A stretch of 64,000 nt of DNA, from the sequence record SRR2962707_3772. One strand, 5' to 3'. This document shows positions 1 to 9,264 of this stretch, piece after piece (position 1 is the stretch's first letter; each line of letters starts with the position of its first letter). The translations under genes and the position numbers were made by a program. Below the pieces are notes generated by a model, which ran no database searches, had not been told where the DNA came from, and saw only the letters and a list, made by a program, of their open reading frames with translations.

Positions 1-41
1 TAACCCGAAGGTCGTAGGTTCGAATCCTGCTCCCGCAACCA
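1..41 (+). tRNA. Initiator tRNA-Met (fMet), 3' part only (truncated by the window start)
   Basis: TAACCCGAAGGTCGTAGGTTCGAATCCTGCTCCCGCAACCA: end of anticodon loop, T-arm GGTTCGAATCC and CCA end typical of bacterial tRNA-fMet. Confidence 0.9.
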
Positions 42-96
42 TTTCAAAAAATTATTTAATTCATAACAAATCATCTACGTAACCATTTCAAAAAAC

Positions 97-144
97 GGTC
101 GTAGGTTTCTCTTTAGTTAAGAAAAGCTGCTCCCGCAACCATTT
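97..144 (+). repeat. Split duplicate of the tRNA-fMet 3' end (tRNA relic)
   Basis: GGTCGTAGGTT (97-107) = 10-20 and CTGCTCCCGCAACCATTT (127-144) = 27-44, separated by 19 nt that replace the T-loop; AACCATTTCAAAAAA also occurs at 37-51 and 81-95. Confidence 0.8.
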
Positions 145-620
145 CTGCACTTCTTTTTATAAAAAAACCTTCCTATGTACTTTTTATATTAATGATTTCA
201 AATGAATTTTTGTTGGTTGTGTCTGCCTAAAAATTAGTTTGGTTCGTATCAAAGTGAATTTCAATTTGTTCAAAAAACACACAAAAATTGCTCGTGGTGC
301 GAATCTTTGACCAATATAATAATATTTGGTCTATGTGATACTTTTCCCCAGGTAAATGCCATGCGAATGGCTGTAGCCACCTTTTTCAAGACGATAAAGT
401 TCTATTCATAAACCTTCGCTAAGTTCGTTTAACAGCCTATTTTCATCAATGCTAGCAAGGCCTGAACTGTTTTTGGTGATGCTAATGGCTTGCTTCAGTC
501 GGCATTTCACTCGCATAGGTGTTTTTTCGTGTGTAACCCCTAGGGGATATAGCCAGGACCCTTCGTTTAGAGATATTTTCGAGTTCTTATAAAAAAATAC
601 TAAACGTTAGGAACTTTGAT

Positions 621-2111
621 ATGGAACAAGTTATTCGGGTGTTGACGACGATTCGACCGAAGCGGTCGTTGTTTTTGTCGGTCATGGTGACGTTAGCTAC
701 CATTGGGTTTTTCTGGTATCTCTCAGCTACCCATGCCCCTGGTGAGAGCTGGGGGGCGAAAGCGCTTTTCCCTACCTTATTTGTTTTAACCATCGCATTG
801 ATTTCACGAGCGCCTTTTGAGTCACTGCTCGCAGGCGTGATTGCTGGTTTGATAATGATTGACAATACCAGTGTCGTTTCACCACTGTCAGATATTTTGT
901 CGACCGTCATGGGCAACGAAACCATTATTTGGATTATTTTGGTTTGTGGCTTGATGGGTGGTTTGATTGTCTTGTTAGAGCGGAGCGGTTGTCTGGGGAG
1001 TTTTAGCGATTGGCTCAAGGGTAAAATTCGCTCTCGCCGTCAATCACTGCTAACGACTTTCTTTATTGGTTTGGTGGTTTTTATTGATGATTACCTTAAT
1101 TGTTTAGCGGTTTCCTCTTCCGTTAAAAAAGTAACCGATCATTATAATGTGTCGCGTGAGAAACTGGCTTACATTATTGACTCAACCGCCGCACCTATGT
1201 GTATTTTGGTACCTGTGTCGACTTGGGCAGTGTTTTTCTCTGGACTATTAGAAGAGAACCATTTGGCGCCTGATGGTGGCGGCCTGAGTGTTTACATTTC
1301 TGCTATTCCCTTCATGGTTTATGGTTGGGTTGCGCTTTTATTGGTGTTCTTAGTGGCGCTTGGTGTCGTAGGCAATTTCGGACCAATGAAGAAAGCAGAA
1401 GCCAGAGCGATGGCGGGACAACCATTACCCGATGATTACGACGGTGATAGTATGGAAGCCGCTCCTTCCATCAACCGAAAGCAAACCAGTAGTTTTGTTG
1501 GCATGATGAACTTTCTGCTGCCTATGGTGATCTTGGTTGCTTCTACTGTGTATTATGATGTGGATTTGTTAAGAGGCGTGATTGTGACGCTGGCGATCAC
1601 AGTTGCTTTGTATTATGTGCAAGGGCTTTTAACATTAGAAGAGCAGTTTAAAGGGATCTTTGAAGGTTTCAAAGTCATGCTTTATCCACTGTCTACTGTT
1701 ATTGCTGGATTTATGTTGAAATCCATCAATGACCAATTAGGAATGACACAATACCTTGTAGAAGTGGTTTCACCCTTGATGACCGCAGAGTTAATGCCTG
1801 CGATGGTGTTCTTAGTCATGGCGGCTGTTGTGTTTGGTACTGCGTCTAGCTGGGGTTCTTTCATTATTGCGATTCCAATCGTTGTTCCTATTGCACTGGG
1901 TGTTGATGCTAATATGGCGCTTGTGATTGGTGCACTTTTATCCGCGTCTTCATTTGGTAGTCATGCCTGTTTCTTCAGTGATTCCACCGTGTTGGCCGCT
2001 CAAGGTGCAGGGTGCTCGCCGATGTCTCACGCACTTACTCAGCTACCTTATACGGCCATCGGAGCTGTAGTAAGCTTCGGGATCTTTATGGCACTTGGTT
2101 ATACGATGTAA
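621..2111 (+). CDS. NhaC-family (Na+/H+ antiporter-like) transporter, probably for an amino acid or amine
   Basis: 496 aa, highly hydrophobic; FIDDYLN, SREKLAYIIDSTAAP, FGTASSWG and GSHACFFSDSTVL motifs. Confidence 0.8.
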   Translation: MEQVIRVLTTIRPKRSLFLSVMVTLATIGFFWYLSATHAPGESWGAKALFPTLFVLTIALISRAPFESLLAGVIAGLIMIDNTSVVSPLSDILSTVMGNETIIWIILVCGLMGGLIVLLERSGCLGSFSDWLKGKIRSRRQSLLTTFFIGLVVFIDDYLNCLAVSSSVKKVTDHYNVSREKLAYIIDSTAAPMCILVPVSTWAVFFSGLLEENHLAPDGGGLSVYISAIPFMVYGWVALLLVFLVALGVVGNFGPMKKAEARAMAGQPLPDDYDGDSMEAAPSINRKQTSSFVGMMNFLLPMVILVASTVYYDVDLLRGVIVTLAITVALYYVQGLLTLEEQFKGIFEGFKVMLYPLSTVIAGFMLKSINDQLGMTQYLVEVVSPLMTAELMPAMVFLVMAAVVFGTASSWGSFIIAIPIVVPIALGVDANMALVIGALLSASSFGSHACFFSDSTVLAAQGAGCSPMSHALTQLPYTAIGAVVSFGIFMALGYTM

Positions 2112-2128
2112 GTATTAAAAGCATAGGC

Positions 2129-2160
2129 GTTGGGGGCAGTGAATCTGCACTGCCCCTAAC
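2129..2160 (+). terminator. Stem-loop downstream of the NhaC-family gene
   Basis: GTTGGGGGCAGTG-aatctg-CACTGCCCCTAAC; no clear U-tract. Confidence 0.5.
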
Positions 2161-2769
2161 CATACAGCTCATAGATCCAAACCTACCCAGAACAGCCCTC
2201 ACTAATTTCAAGTATCCGTTATTATCAAGAGAGTCATTGTCGGCGTTAACATTCGGTCGATACAATGACCAAGTAATCTTGATCATACTGTCCTCTACGA
2301 ACGAGTTCTTAGTGCTAAATCATCCCTCTCATACTCTCCACTAACTCATTGATCTTGTTCTCTTTCATAAATCATTCAGCCAATCAGATTGTTCGATAAC
2401 ACAATAGCGCTCACGGTACGCAATCGACTGGAATAGAGTGTGTGGGAGCACAGTAACGTCACTAAGTAACGCCACCAGAATAAAAACGCTAGGCTATGTG
2501 ATGCGGCACGCCAATTCAGTGCCTCATCCCTGCCTAATAAAAGTGAGTAATGACAAGCCACTGTCTGGCGGTCGGCATCGGTCAGTGTGCAACTGAAGTG
2601 TGTTTGGTTGTTATGAAATGTCGATAAAGATAAAGAGGGAGAGTTTGTCATCAAAGAAAGGTGTCAGATGCGCTCCATAGCGGTTGTATCGCTAATTAGC
2701 TAAGAGGTGTATAGCGTGGAATGCATTTGATTGATTGGGGAGAGGTGAGGCTGGCGGTGTCTGTGATGA

Positions 2770-2799
2770 ACCATCCTTTATTAACGAATAAAGGATGGT
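2770..2799 (-). terminator. Stem-loop downstream of the GATase gene
   Basis: ACCATCCTTTATT-aacg-AATAAAGGATGGT, perfect 13-bp stem. Confidence 0.6.
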
Positions 2800-2805
2800 G
2801 CTTTC

Positions 2806-3510
2806 TTATGGCTTAAGGAATTGCGCAATCCAAGACATAAGTTGTTTATTCTGAATGCTTTCTTCTTTTATCGTGTGACGTGCTTTGTTCGCTACGTCTG
2901 GCGTTAATGTTACGCCATCGTATAGCTCGACCAGTTCACTTTCATACTCTTTGGAGAACTCTGGGTGTCCTTGGAAAGTAAGAATACGATCTTTATAAAT
3001 GAATCCTGCAAATTCACAGAAATCCGATGTCAGGAAAACATCTAGCTTTGCTGGTTTGTCTATCACCTGATCTTGATGAAATGCGCAAAAGGCAATGTCA
3101 GTGGCGCCAGGTAGAGTAGGAATTTCACTTGTTACCTGATAGTGATGAACCCCAACACCCCAGCCCGCAGTCGATTTGGTGACAGTGCCGCCGAGTGCAC
3201 GAGCTATGATTTGATGGCCAAAACAAATGCCCACGAGTACTTGTTGGTTGTTGTCTACCTCACGGATAAATTCACATAGGCGCAAGATCCAAGGGTCGTC
3301 ATCGTAAGAGTTGCATTTGGAGCCGGTAATTAACCAGCCATCGCAAGAGGTGGTGCTTTGTGGGAATTCATCCAAGCGCACATCGTATATTTCAAATTCT
3401 AATCTTGACTCGATGTCCGTCAGTTGTTGCGCGAACATTTCAGCATAGGTTGGATAATTAGCTTGAAGTACATCGGGTGTAATGCCCGCCGCAAGAATGC
3501 CGATTTTCAT
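2806..3510 (-). CDS. Class I glutamine amidotransferase-like protein, probable gamma-glutamyl-amide hydrolase
   Basis: GICFGHQ nucleophile elbow and QGHPE catalytic His/Glu; downstream of a GS-like gene. Confidence 0.85.
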   Translation of the reverse strand: MKIGILAAGITPDVLQANYPTYAEMFAQQLTDIESRLEFEIYDVRLDEFPQSTTSCDGWLITGSKCNSYDDDPWILRLCEFIREVDNNQQVLVGICFGHQIIARALGGTVTKSTAGWGVGVHHYQVTSEIPTLPGATDIAFCAFHQDQVIDKPAKLDVFLTSDFCEFAGFIYKDRILTFQGHPEFSKEYESELVELYDGVTLTPDVANKARHTIKEESIQNKQLMSWIAQFLKP

Positions 3511-3645
3511 TTGGTTAAATCCTCAAAAATGGGGTAGAAATAGAGTCTATTGACCTAGTTAAAGTGTGGGGGCTAGCTGTGTATATTTATGCAGGCAATT
3601 CACACTGTATTTTGCCCCGCCGCTCGATAATAGCGTCTTGCATTT

Positions 3646-3683
3646 CCCCTTATCAGACTTGATGTAGAAAGCCTGATAAGGGG
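3646..3683 (-). other. Intergenic stem-loop between the GS-like and GATase genes
   Basis: CCCCTTATCAGACTT-N8-AAGCCTGATAAGGGG. Confidence 0.55.
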
Positions 3684-3697
3684 CGTTTGCTAATCTA

Positions 3698-5047
3698 TTA
3701 TAAATACGCTTCGTATTCTACATTGGAGATACGGCTGTGCATCTTTTCTTGCTCTTGTTCTTTTGCGGCTCCGTAAACACGCACAAACTCTTCACCTAAA
3801 TAATCGCGCATAAAATCGCTTTTTTGGAAGCTGGTTGTCGCCAGATCCCAACGGTTCGGTAGTAAATCTAACTCGTTAGATGTGGTGTAAGCGTCGCCTT
3901 CAATTGGTTTTGGAGGTGTCATCTTGCCTTCGATGCCATTAAGGGCAGCGCCTAAAACAGCGGCCAACACAAGGTATGGGTTCGCGTCAGCGCCTGATAC
4001 TCGGTGCTCAATACGTCGTGCGATGTTTTCGCTTTCTGGGATGCGTACCGCAACGGTGCGGTTTTCATAGCCCCAGCTTGCGAACGTTGGCGCATGGGCA
4101 CCATTTTGAAAACGACGATACGAATTTAGATGCGGCGCAAACACCAGCATGGATTCGGCCATGTTGTTTAATAACCCTGCTACTGCGTGTTGCAGCAGAG
4201 GTGAGCCTTCTTCTGTGCCGTTGTTGAAGACGTTATTGCCTTGCTCATCCAGTAAACTAAAGTGAACATGAAGACCATTGCCGCTTTTGTCTGCATAAGG
4301 CTTAGCCATGAAGCTGGTGCCAAAATCATACTGACGAGCCACGCCCTTCACTAGACGCTTAAACATAATGGCATGATCTGCCGCTTGGACGGCATCGTCT
4401 GTGTGCTTCATGTTGATTTCGAACTGACCGGGGCCTAATTCTGAAATAATCGTATCGGCTGGCACGCCTTGTATGTCGCAGGCTCTACGTACTTCTGTGA
4501 AGAAGCTTTCTAAACCGTCCATTTCTTCAATGGAATAACAGTCGGTCTTGTTTAGGCGAACCCCATTGCCCTCGGTGATAACCGGAGGAGAAGGAACACG
4601 TTTGGCTTCTGATTCGCCATCCAATAGGTAAAATTCTAATTCGGTCGCAACAACAGGCGTGTAACCCAGTGCTTTGAAGCGCTCGACAATGCGCGTCAGT
4701 AATTGTCGCGGGTCTGGGTAGAAAGGAGAGCCGTCTGCGTTGTACATCATGGCCAAAATTTGATCTCGTTCAGATTCTGCCCATGGCACAGGAATAGGTT
4801 CAGGGTGGACGGCTTTACAAATGCCATCGCTGTCGCCTGTTTCAAACACCAGCCCGTTTTCTAAAACGTCATCACCCCAATGGTCAAAACCAATGACGGA
4901 CTGTGGTAATTTGACCCCTTGAGTCATAACGCTTTTTAAACCGCTTGCAGGGATGCGCTTACCACGCAAGTTTCCATTTAGGTCTGTGATGAACAGATCG
5001 AATTCGTGGTTTCCTTCATACATATCCGACATACAAATTTCTCTCAT
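3698..5047 (-). CDS. puuA: Glutamine synthetase-family gamma-glutamyl-amine ligase (PuuA/PauA-like); start may be 5032
   Basis: DLNGNLRGKR, ATELEFYL, SELGPGQFEIN, FMAKP, GNGLHVHFSL, ENRTVAVRIP and IEHRVSGADANPYL motifs. Confidence 0.8.
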   Translation of the reverse strand: MREICMSDMYEGNHEFDLFITDLNGNLRGKRIPASGLKSVMTQGVKLPQSVIGFDHWGDDVLENGLVFETGDSDGICKAVHPEPIPVPWAESERDQILAMMYNADGSPFYPDPRQLLTRIVERFKALGYTPVVATELEFYLLDGESEAKRVPSPPVITEGNGVRLNKTDCYSIEEMDGLESFFTEVRRACDIQGVPADTIISELGPGQFEINMKHTDDAVQAADHAIMFKRLVKGVARQYDFGTSFMAKPYADKSGNGLHVHFSLLDEQGNNVFNNGTEEGSPLLQHAVAGLLNNMAESMLVFAPHLNSYRRFQNGAHAPTFASWGYENRTVAVRIPESENIARRIEHRVSGADANPYLVLAAVLGAALNGIEGKMTPPKPIEGDAYTTSNELDLLPNRWDLATTSFQKSDFMRDYLGEEFVRVYGAAKEQEQEKMHSRISNVEYEAYL

Positions 5048-5536
5048 GAGGTTAGTGTTGGCGTGAGGGTAGTTTGATCAAAGGCTAGAAAGAATAAATG
5101 CGAAATCTATGTTTCTTTTGTTTGTTCAACGTTCTCTTATGGCATTTACCTTAACCCGAGCTAACAATGAGAGTAACTATCTCCGAGTGGGTATACGCGA
5201 AAATCGAGATGGCTTTTAAAAGGGTATTTTGACGAGTCAAGAATCGGTGTGATCTCTCGCTCTGGCTTCTGGTAGTTTTCTTTATTTTTTGTTTAAATTA
5301 TTGATTTATATAGAATAAAAATAGATTTAAAATTATTTCGGATCGGTTTTCTGAAGCGGGAAAGTAGTAAAATGACAAGCTTTTTTGCGTAATAACGGGT
5401 TGAAAAGGGGATGAAGAAAGTTGATCAAATATTCGGTTTATTGTTTTTTTATATCGATACTCGGCTAACATTTTTAATGTCGTTAGATGTCATTTTTGAA
5501 ATGAGCGTCATGATAAATAGCATGGCCATATTAGAT

Positions 5537-5576
5537 AAAATTAAGCCCTTCAGGGCATTGCTCTGAAGGGCTTAAT
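5537..5576 (-). terminator. Rho-independent terminator after the puuB-like gene
   Basis: ATTAAGCCCTTCAGGGC-att-GCTCTGAAGGGCTTAAT with a T-run on the minus strand. Confidence 0.65.
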
Positions 5577-5604
5577 GGAGACATGACTAACGCGGTTAGT
5601 AGGG

Positions 5605-6888
5605 CTAAATCCCTAACTTATCTCGCATGTTGTAGTAGGTTGCGCCAATGGCCGTGTAAGGTACACGAAGCATGCGTCCACCAGGGAATTGGTATTGCGG
5701 CATACTGGCGAACACATCAAAGCGTTCGGTTTCACCATCAATGGCATCAGACAGAATTTCCCCCATCAGGTGTGAGTTAGTCACCCCATGACCTGAATAG
5801 CCTTGTGCGTAATACAGATTGTCGCCAATCTTACCGACTTGCGGCATGCGCATCATGGTTAGCAAGAAGTTACCTGTCCAAGCGTAATCCACTTTTACCC
5901 CTTTTAAAGAAGGGAATGTTTTCAACATTTTTGGTGTAATAATGGATTCAATTTTGCCCGGTTCACGAGCGCCATAGGTTGTGCCACCGCCGTAAATAAG
6001 GCGTCCATCGCCGGATAAACGATAGTAATCAAGCAAATAGTTACAGTCTTCCACACAACGATCGGTTGGCAGTAGCTGCTTTTGTACCGCTTCTGATAAT
6101 GGCTCAGTGGTAATAACTTGAGTACCACATGGCATGGCTTTCTTCTCAATATCTGGTAGAAGGCCAAAGATGTAAGCGTTACCAGCAACCACAATCGTGT
6201 CGGCAATCACTGTCCCTTGTTTGGTGACGACCTTGCCAGGTTTGCCTTGCTCAAGGCGAACTACTTCAGAATCTTCGAAGATTTCACCACCGAGGCTTTC
6301 AAACGCTTTTGCCTGCCCTAGCACCAAGTTTAATGGTTGGATATGGCCGCCTTTGCGGTCAAGTAACCCACCCACGTAGCGTTCGCTACCGATGTGATCT
6401 TGGATAGAATACGCGGTTAACAACTCAAGTTCGTTGTGACCATGGGCTTCCCAAAGTTCTTTTTTGGCTTTTAGCTCTTCAAATTGTTTGTTGTTACAAG
6501 CGGCGAACACGTTGCCGTGTTTAAGGTCACAGTCGATGTTGTATTTTTCAATACGGTTGCGGATTAATTCGGAACCAGCAAACGCCATTTTCGCCATTTT
6601 CTTACCGATCACGTCGCCATAATTGCTGGTGATGTAATCAATATCGCGATTAAAGCTATTTACTATCTGACCGCCATTACGGCCGGATGCACCAAAGCCG
6701 ATACGAGTCCCTTCTAAAACGATGACTTTTTTACCTTTTTCAGCAAGGCTTAACGCCGTTGAAATACCGGTAAAACCAGCGCCAACAACACAGACATCAC
6801 AACGATGCTCACCTGTAAGTTGTGGGCGGATAACCTTATCATTGGCAGACGCAGCATAGTACGAATTTGCATGAGTAGGGGGTGACAT
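5605..6888 (-). CDS. puuB: FAD-dependent oxidoreductase, gamma-glutamylputrescine oxidase-like
   Basis: HANSYYAASAN N-terminus, VVGAGFTG, GFGASGRNGGQ, QGYSGHG and FPGGR motifs. Confidence 0.85.
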   Translation of the reverse strand: MSPPTHANSYYAASANDKVIRPQLTGEHRCDVCVVGAGFTGISTALSLAEKGKKVIVLEGTRIGFGASGRNGGQIVNSFNRDIDYITSNYGDVIGKKMAKMAFAGSELIRNRIEKYNIDCDLKHGNVFAACNNKQFEELKAKKELWEAHGHNELELLTAYSIQDHIGSERYVGGLLDRKGGHIQPLNLVLGQAKAFESLGGEIFEDSEVVRLEQGKPGKVVTKQGTVIADTIVVAGNAYIFGLLPDIEKKAMPCGTQVITTEPLSEAVQKQLLPTDRCVEDCNYLLDYYRLSGDGRLIYGGGTTYGAREPGKIESIITPKMLKTFPSLKGVKVDYAWTGNFLLTMMRMPQVGKIGDNLYYAQGYSGHGVTNSHLMGEILSDAIDGETERFDVFASMPQYQFPGGRMLRVPYTAIGATYYNMRDKLGI

Positions 6889-7311
6889 AAATAGCCTCTC
6901 CTAATACGCGTAGACAACCGTGTCGATACGCTAATAATGTGACATACATAAGAGCAGGTTTCTGCTCTTTCATTTTATTAATCGTGCTTTACACATTTGC
7001 TAGGCCGAGGGCCTTTTGTACTTCAAAAGTTATTTTCTGGTTTATAAGGATAAATCGTCGTTGAGCAAAATATTGCTTCTTCGATATTTTTTCAGCTTAT
7101 CCTTTCCTAAAACGTTTTGCAGTATTGCTCGGTGTAATTTGCTATAGAGCTAAACTAACTGAGATGTTGTCATTAACACCATATCCCCGAGGTGGTATAT
7201 CGTTTCTTTTGTGGCTCTTTAAGATGTAGTGCAGGATAAGCGGAAGGTATTCGCTTAGACAAAACACTTTATTATTACCCCACCTAGGGTTGCAGATTGG
7301 AGAAGTTGACT

Positions 7312-8190
7312 ATGTCGAAGGTAACGGTAGCGGCAACGCAAATGCATTGCACATGGAACCAACAAGAAAATGTAGATCGTGCTGAAAAACTGATTAGAGA
7401 AGCTGCCGCCGGTGGTGCGCAAATTATTCTAATTCAAGAGCTTTTTGAAGCGCCTTATTTCTGTATTGAAATCCATGAGTCTTATCATGATCTTGCAACC
7501 ACACTAGAAGAAAACGCGGCCTTTCAACGATTTAAGGCGTTGGCTGCTGAGTTGAATGTTGTGTTGCCATTTAGCTGGTTTGAAAAAGCCGGCGTCGCGC
7601 GTTTTAATTCGTTGGCGATGATTGATGCAGGCGGTGAGCTATTAGGTGTGTATCGTAAAACGCACATTCCAGACAGTGACGGTTACTTAGAAAAATATTA
7701 CTTTAGCCCTGGAGATACTGGGTTTAAGGTGTGGGACACTCGCTTTGGTCGTATCGGTGTGGGTATTTGTTGGGATCAATGGTTTCCAGAAACCGCGCGA
7801 TCAATGGCCTTGATGGGCGCTGATTTATTGTTCTTCCCAACCGCCATTGGCTCAGAGCCGAGCCAGCCGGAGATGGACACACAACCGCATTGGACGAATG
7901 TAATGCGAGGGCATGCCGCAGCAAATCAAACGCCTGTGATTGCTTCGAATCGTATCGGGACAGAAACCGCGCAATACCGTGATTTATCACTGACTTTCTT
8001 TGGTTCCTCCTTTATCTGTGATGAAAGTGGGGAGCTTGTTGCGCAAGCGGATCGTAACAGTGAGTCCATTTTACTGCATACCTTTGACCTTGATCATGTG
8101 CGTAAACAACGTAAAGCATGGGGCTTATTCCGTGACCGTCGACCAGAGCATTATGGCGTGATCAACACCCTAGACGGGCAAGTAAAATAG
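7312..8190 (+). CDS. aguB: N-carbamoylputrescine amidase (nitrilase superfamily)
   Basis: QELF, YRKTHIP, EKYYFSPGDTGF, ICWDQWFPE, PTAIGSEP and WGLFRDRRPE motifs; GGAG RBS before ATG 7312. Confidence 0.9.
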   Translation: MSKVTVAATQMHCTWNQQENVDRAEKLIREAAAGGAQIILIQELFEAPYFCIEIHESYHDLATTLEENAAFQRFKALAAELNVVLPFSWFEKAGVARFNSLAMIDAGGELLGVYRKTHIPDSDGYLEKYYFSPGDTGFKVWDTRFGRIGVGICWDQWFPETARSMALMGADLLFFPTAIGSEPSQPEMDTQPHWTNVMRGHAAANQTPVIASNRIGTETAQYRDLSLTFFGSSFICDESGELVAQADRNSESILLHTFDLDHVRKQRKAWGLFRDRRPEHYGVINTLDGQVK

Positions 8191-8280
8191 CAGCGAATAG
8201 AACAATCCGCTAGAGCATGGTTTATCGATAAGCGCGTTATAGTGTTTATAATAAAGACTTAAAAACAGCCATGCTTAATG

Positions 8281-8320
8281 GAATGATAAGCCATGTAGAT
8301 CCTCTCATGGTTTATCATTC
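8281..8320 (+). terminator. Stem-loop after aguB
   Basis: GAATGATAAGCCATG...CATGGTTTATCATTC. Confidence 0.5.
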
Positions 8321-8505
8321 TGATCCTTTCAAAGAAACCTCTTTTCTATTACTACACCAAATTCTGCCCTGACATCTTGTGGCCAACGCTAAATGTAAGA
8401 AGCCAATGCGGTCTGACGTTATTCTCAAACTGGACCTATGAAGTGTTTTTTCTTCTCAATAGACTGTGAACACTAAACACAACTGGGTGCTATTAAGGAT
8501 TAAAG

Positions 8506-9264
8506 ATGGATGTAGTCTCTTTGTCGAATGAAAGTCTTATATGGCTGTCTCTGGCGATTGTTTTTGCCTCGGCGATCACGTCAATTACTGGCATGGCAGG
8601 TGGTGTATTGATGTTTTCCGCCATGAGCTTCTTTATGCCAGTAAAACCTCTAATTGCGATTCATGGTGTGGTTCAGGTGTTTAACAATGCAGCACGCAGT
8701 TGGTTTTTGCGTACCAGTATTCGCTGGAGAATGTGTTCCTTGTTTGGTATTGGGGCAGTCTTAGGCGCCTTGATAACCACATTGTTTATCGTTCAGTACG
8801 TTGGTGAGTTTTTTCCATTGCTGCTGCTCGTTTGTTTGATTTTATACACCTTGTTTAAGCCAAAACACATGCCACAAGTGAAAATCCAAGAGAAAAATTT
8901 CTTCTGGGTGGGCATTGCAACAGGGGCTATGGGGATTGTGGTTGGAGCTATTGACCCCTTGTTAGCGGTGTTTTTTATTCGCGACGATTTAACCAAAGAG
9001 GAAGTGGTTGCCAATAAGTCGTTGATGCAAATGTTTGCTCACTTAACCAAAATCCCTGCGTTTTTATTCTTAGGTTTTTCGTTTCTGGATAACGCATACC
9101 TCATTCTGGTGTTGAGCATAGCGGCGGTGGTCGGTGCCAAGCTGGGTGTGATTGTGCTGCGTTATATCAATACCAAGTTTTTCTTTGCACTAATGAAGCT
9201 GGCTTTGTTCATCGCAGCAGGCCGTATTATTTATCAATTGATTCAGATGGGAGTTCCGCTATGA
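8506..9264 (+). CDS. TauE/SafE-family exporter, probable sulfoacetate exporter
   Basis: 252 aa hydrophobic protein with GMAGG and HGVVQ motifs; overlaps the ALDH start (ATGA); taurine gene context. Confidence 0.8.
   Translation: MDVVSLSNESLIWLSLAIVFASAITSITGMAGGVLMFSAMSFFMPVKPLIAIHGVVQVFNNAARSWFLRTSIRWRMCSLFGIGAVLGALITTLFIVQYVGEFFPLLLLVCLILYTLFKPKHMPQVKIQEKNFFWVGIATGAMGIVVGAIDPLLAVFFIRDDLTKEEVVANKSLMQMFAHLTKIPAFLFLGFSFLDNAYLILVLSIAAVVGAKLGVIVLRYINTKFFFALMKLALFIAAGRIIYQLIQMGVPL

Noticed and set aside
500-515. Possible sigma54 promoter CGGCATTTCACTCGCA upstream of the NhaC-family gene, and palindrome GACCAA..TTGGTC at 309-331
   Set aside because: GG-N10-GC spacing is right but the consensus match is weak and no activator site was identified.
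145-620. Riboswitch upstream of the NhaC-family transporter
   Set aside because: No recognisable lysine, SAM, TPP or glycine riboswitch motifs by eye; an Infernal/Rfam scan would be needed.
3698-5047. Housekeeping glutamine synthetase glnA
   Set aside because: Sequence features and the puuB/GATase context fit the gamma-glutamyl-amine ligase subfamily, and no ntrBC is linked.
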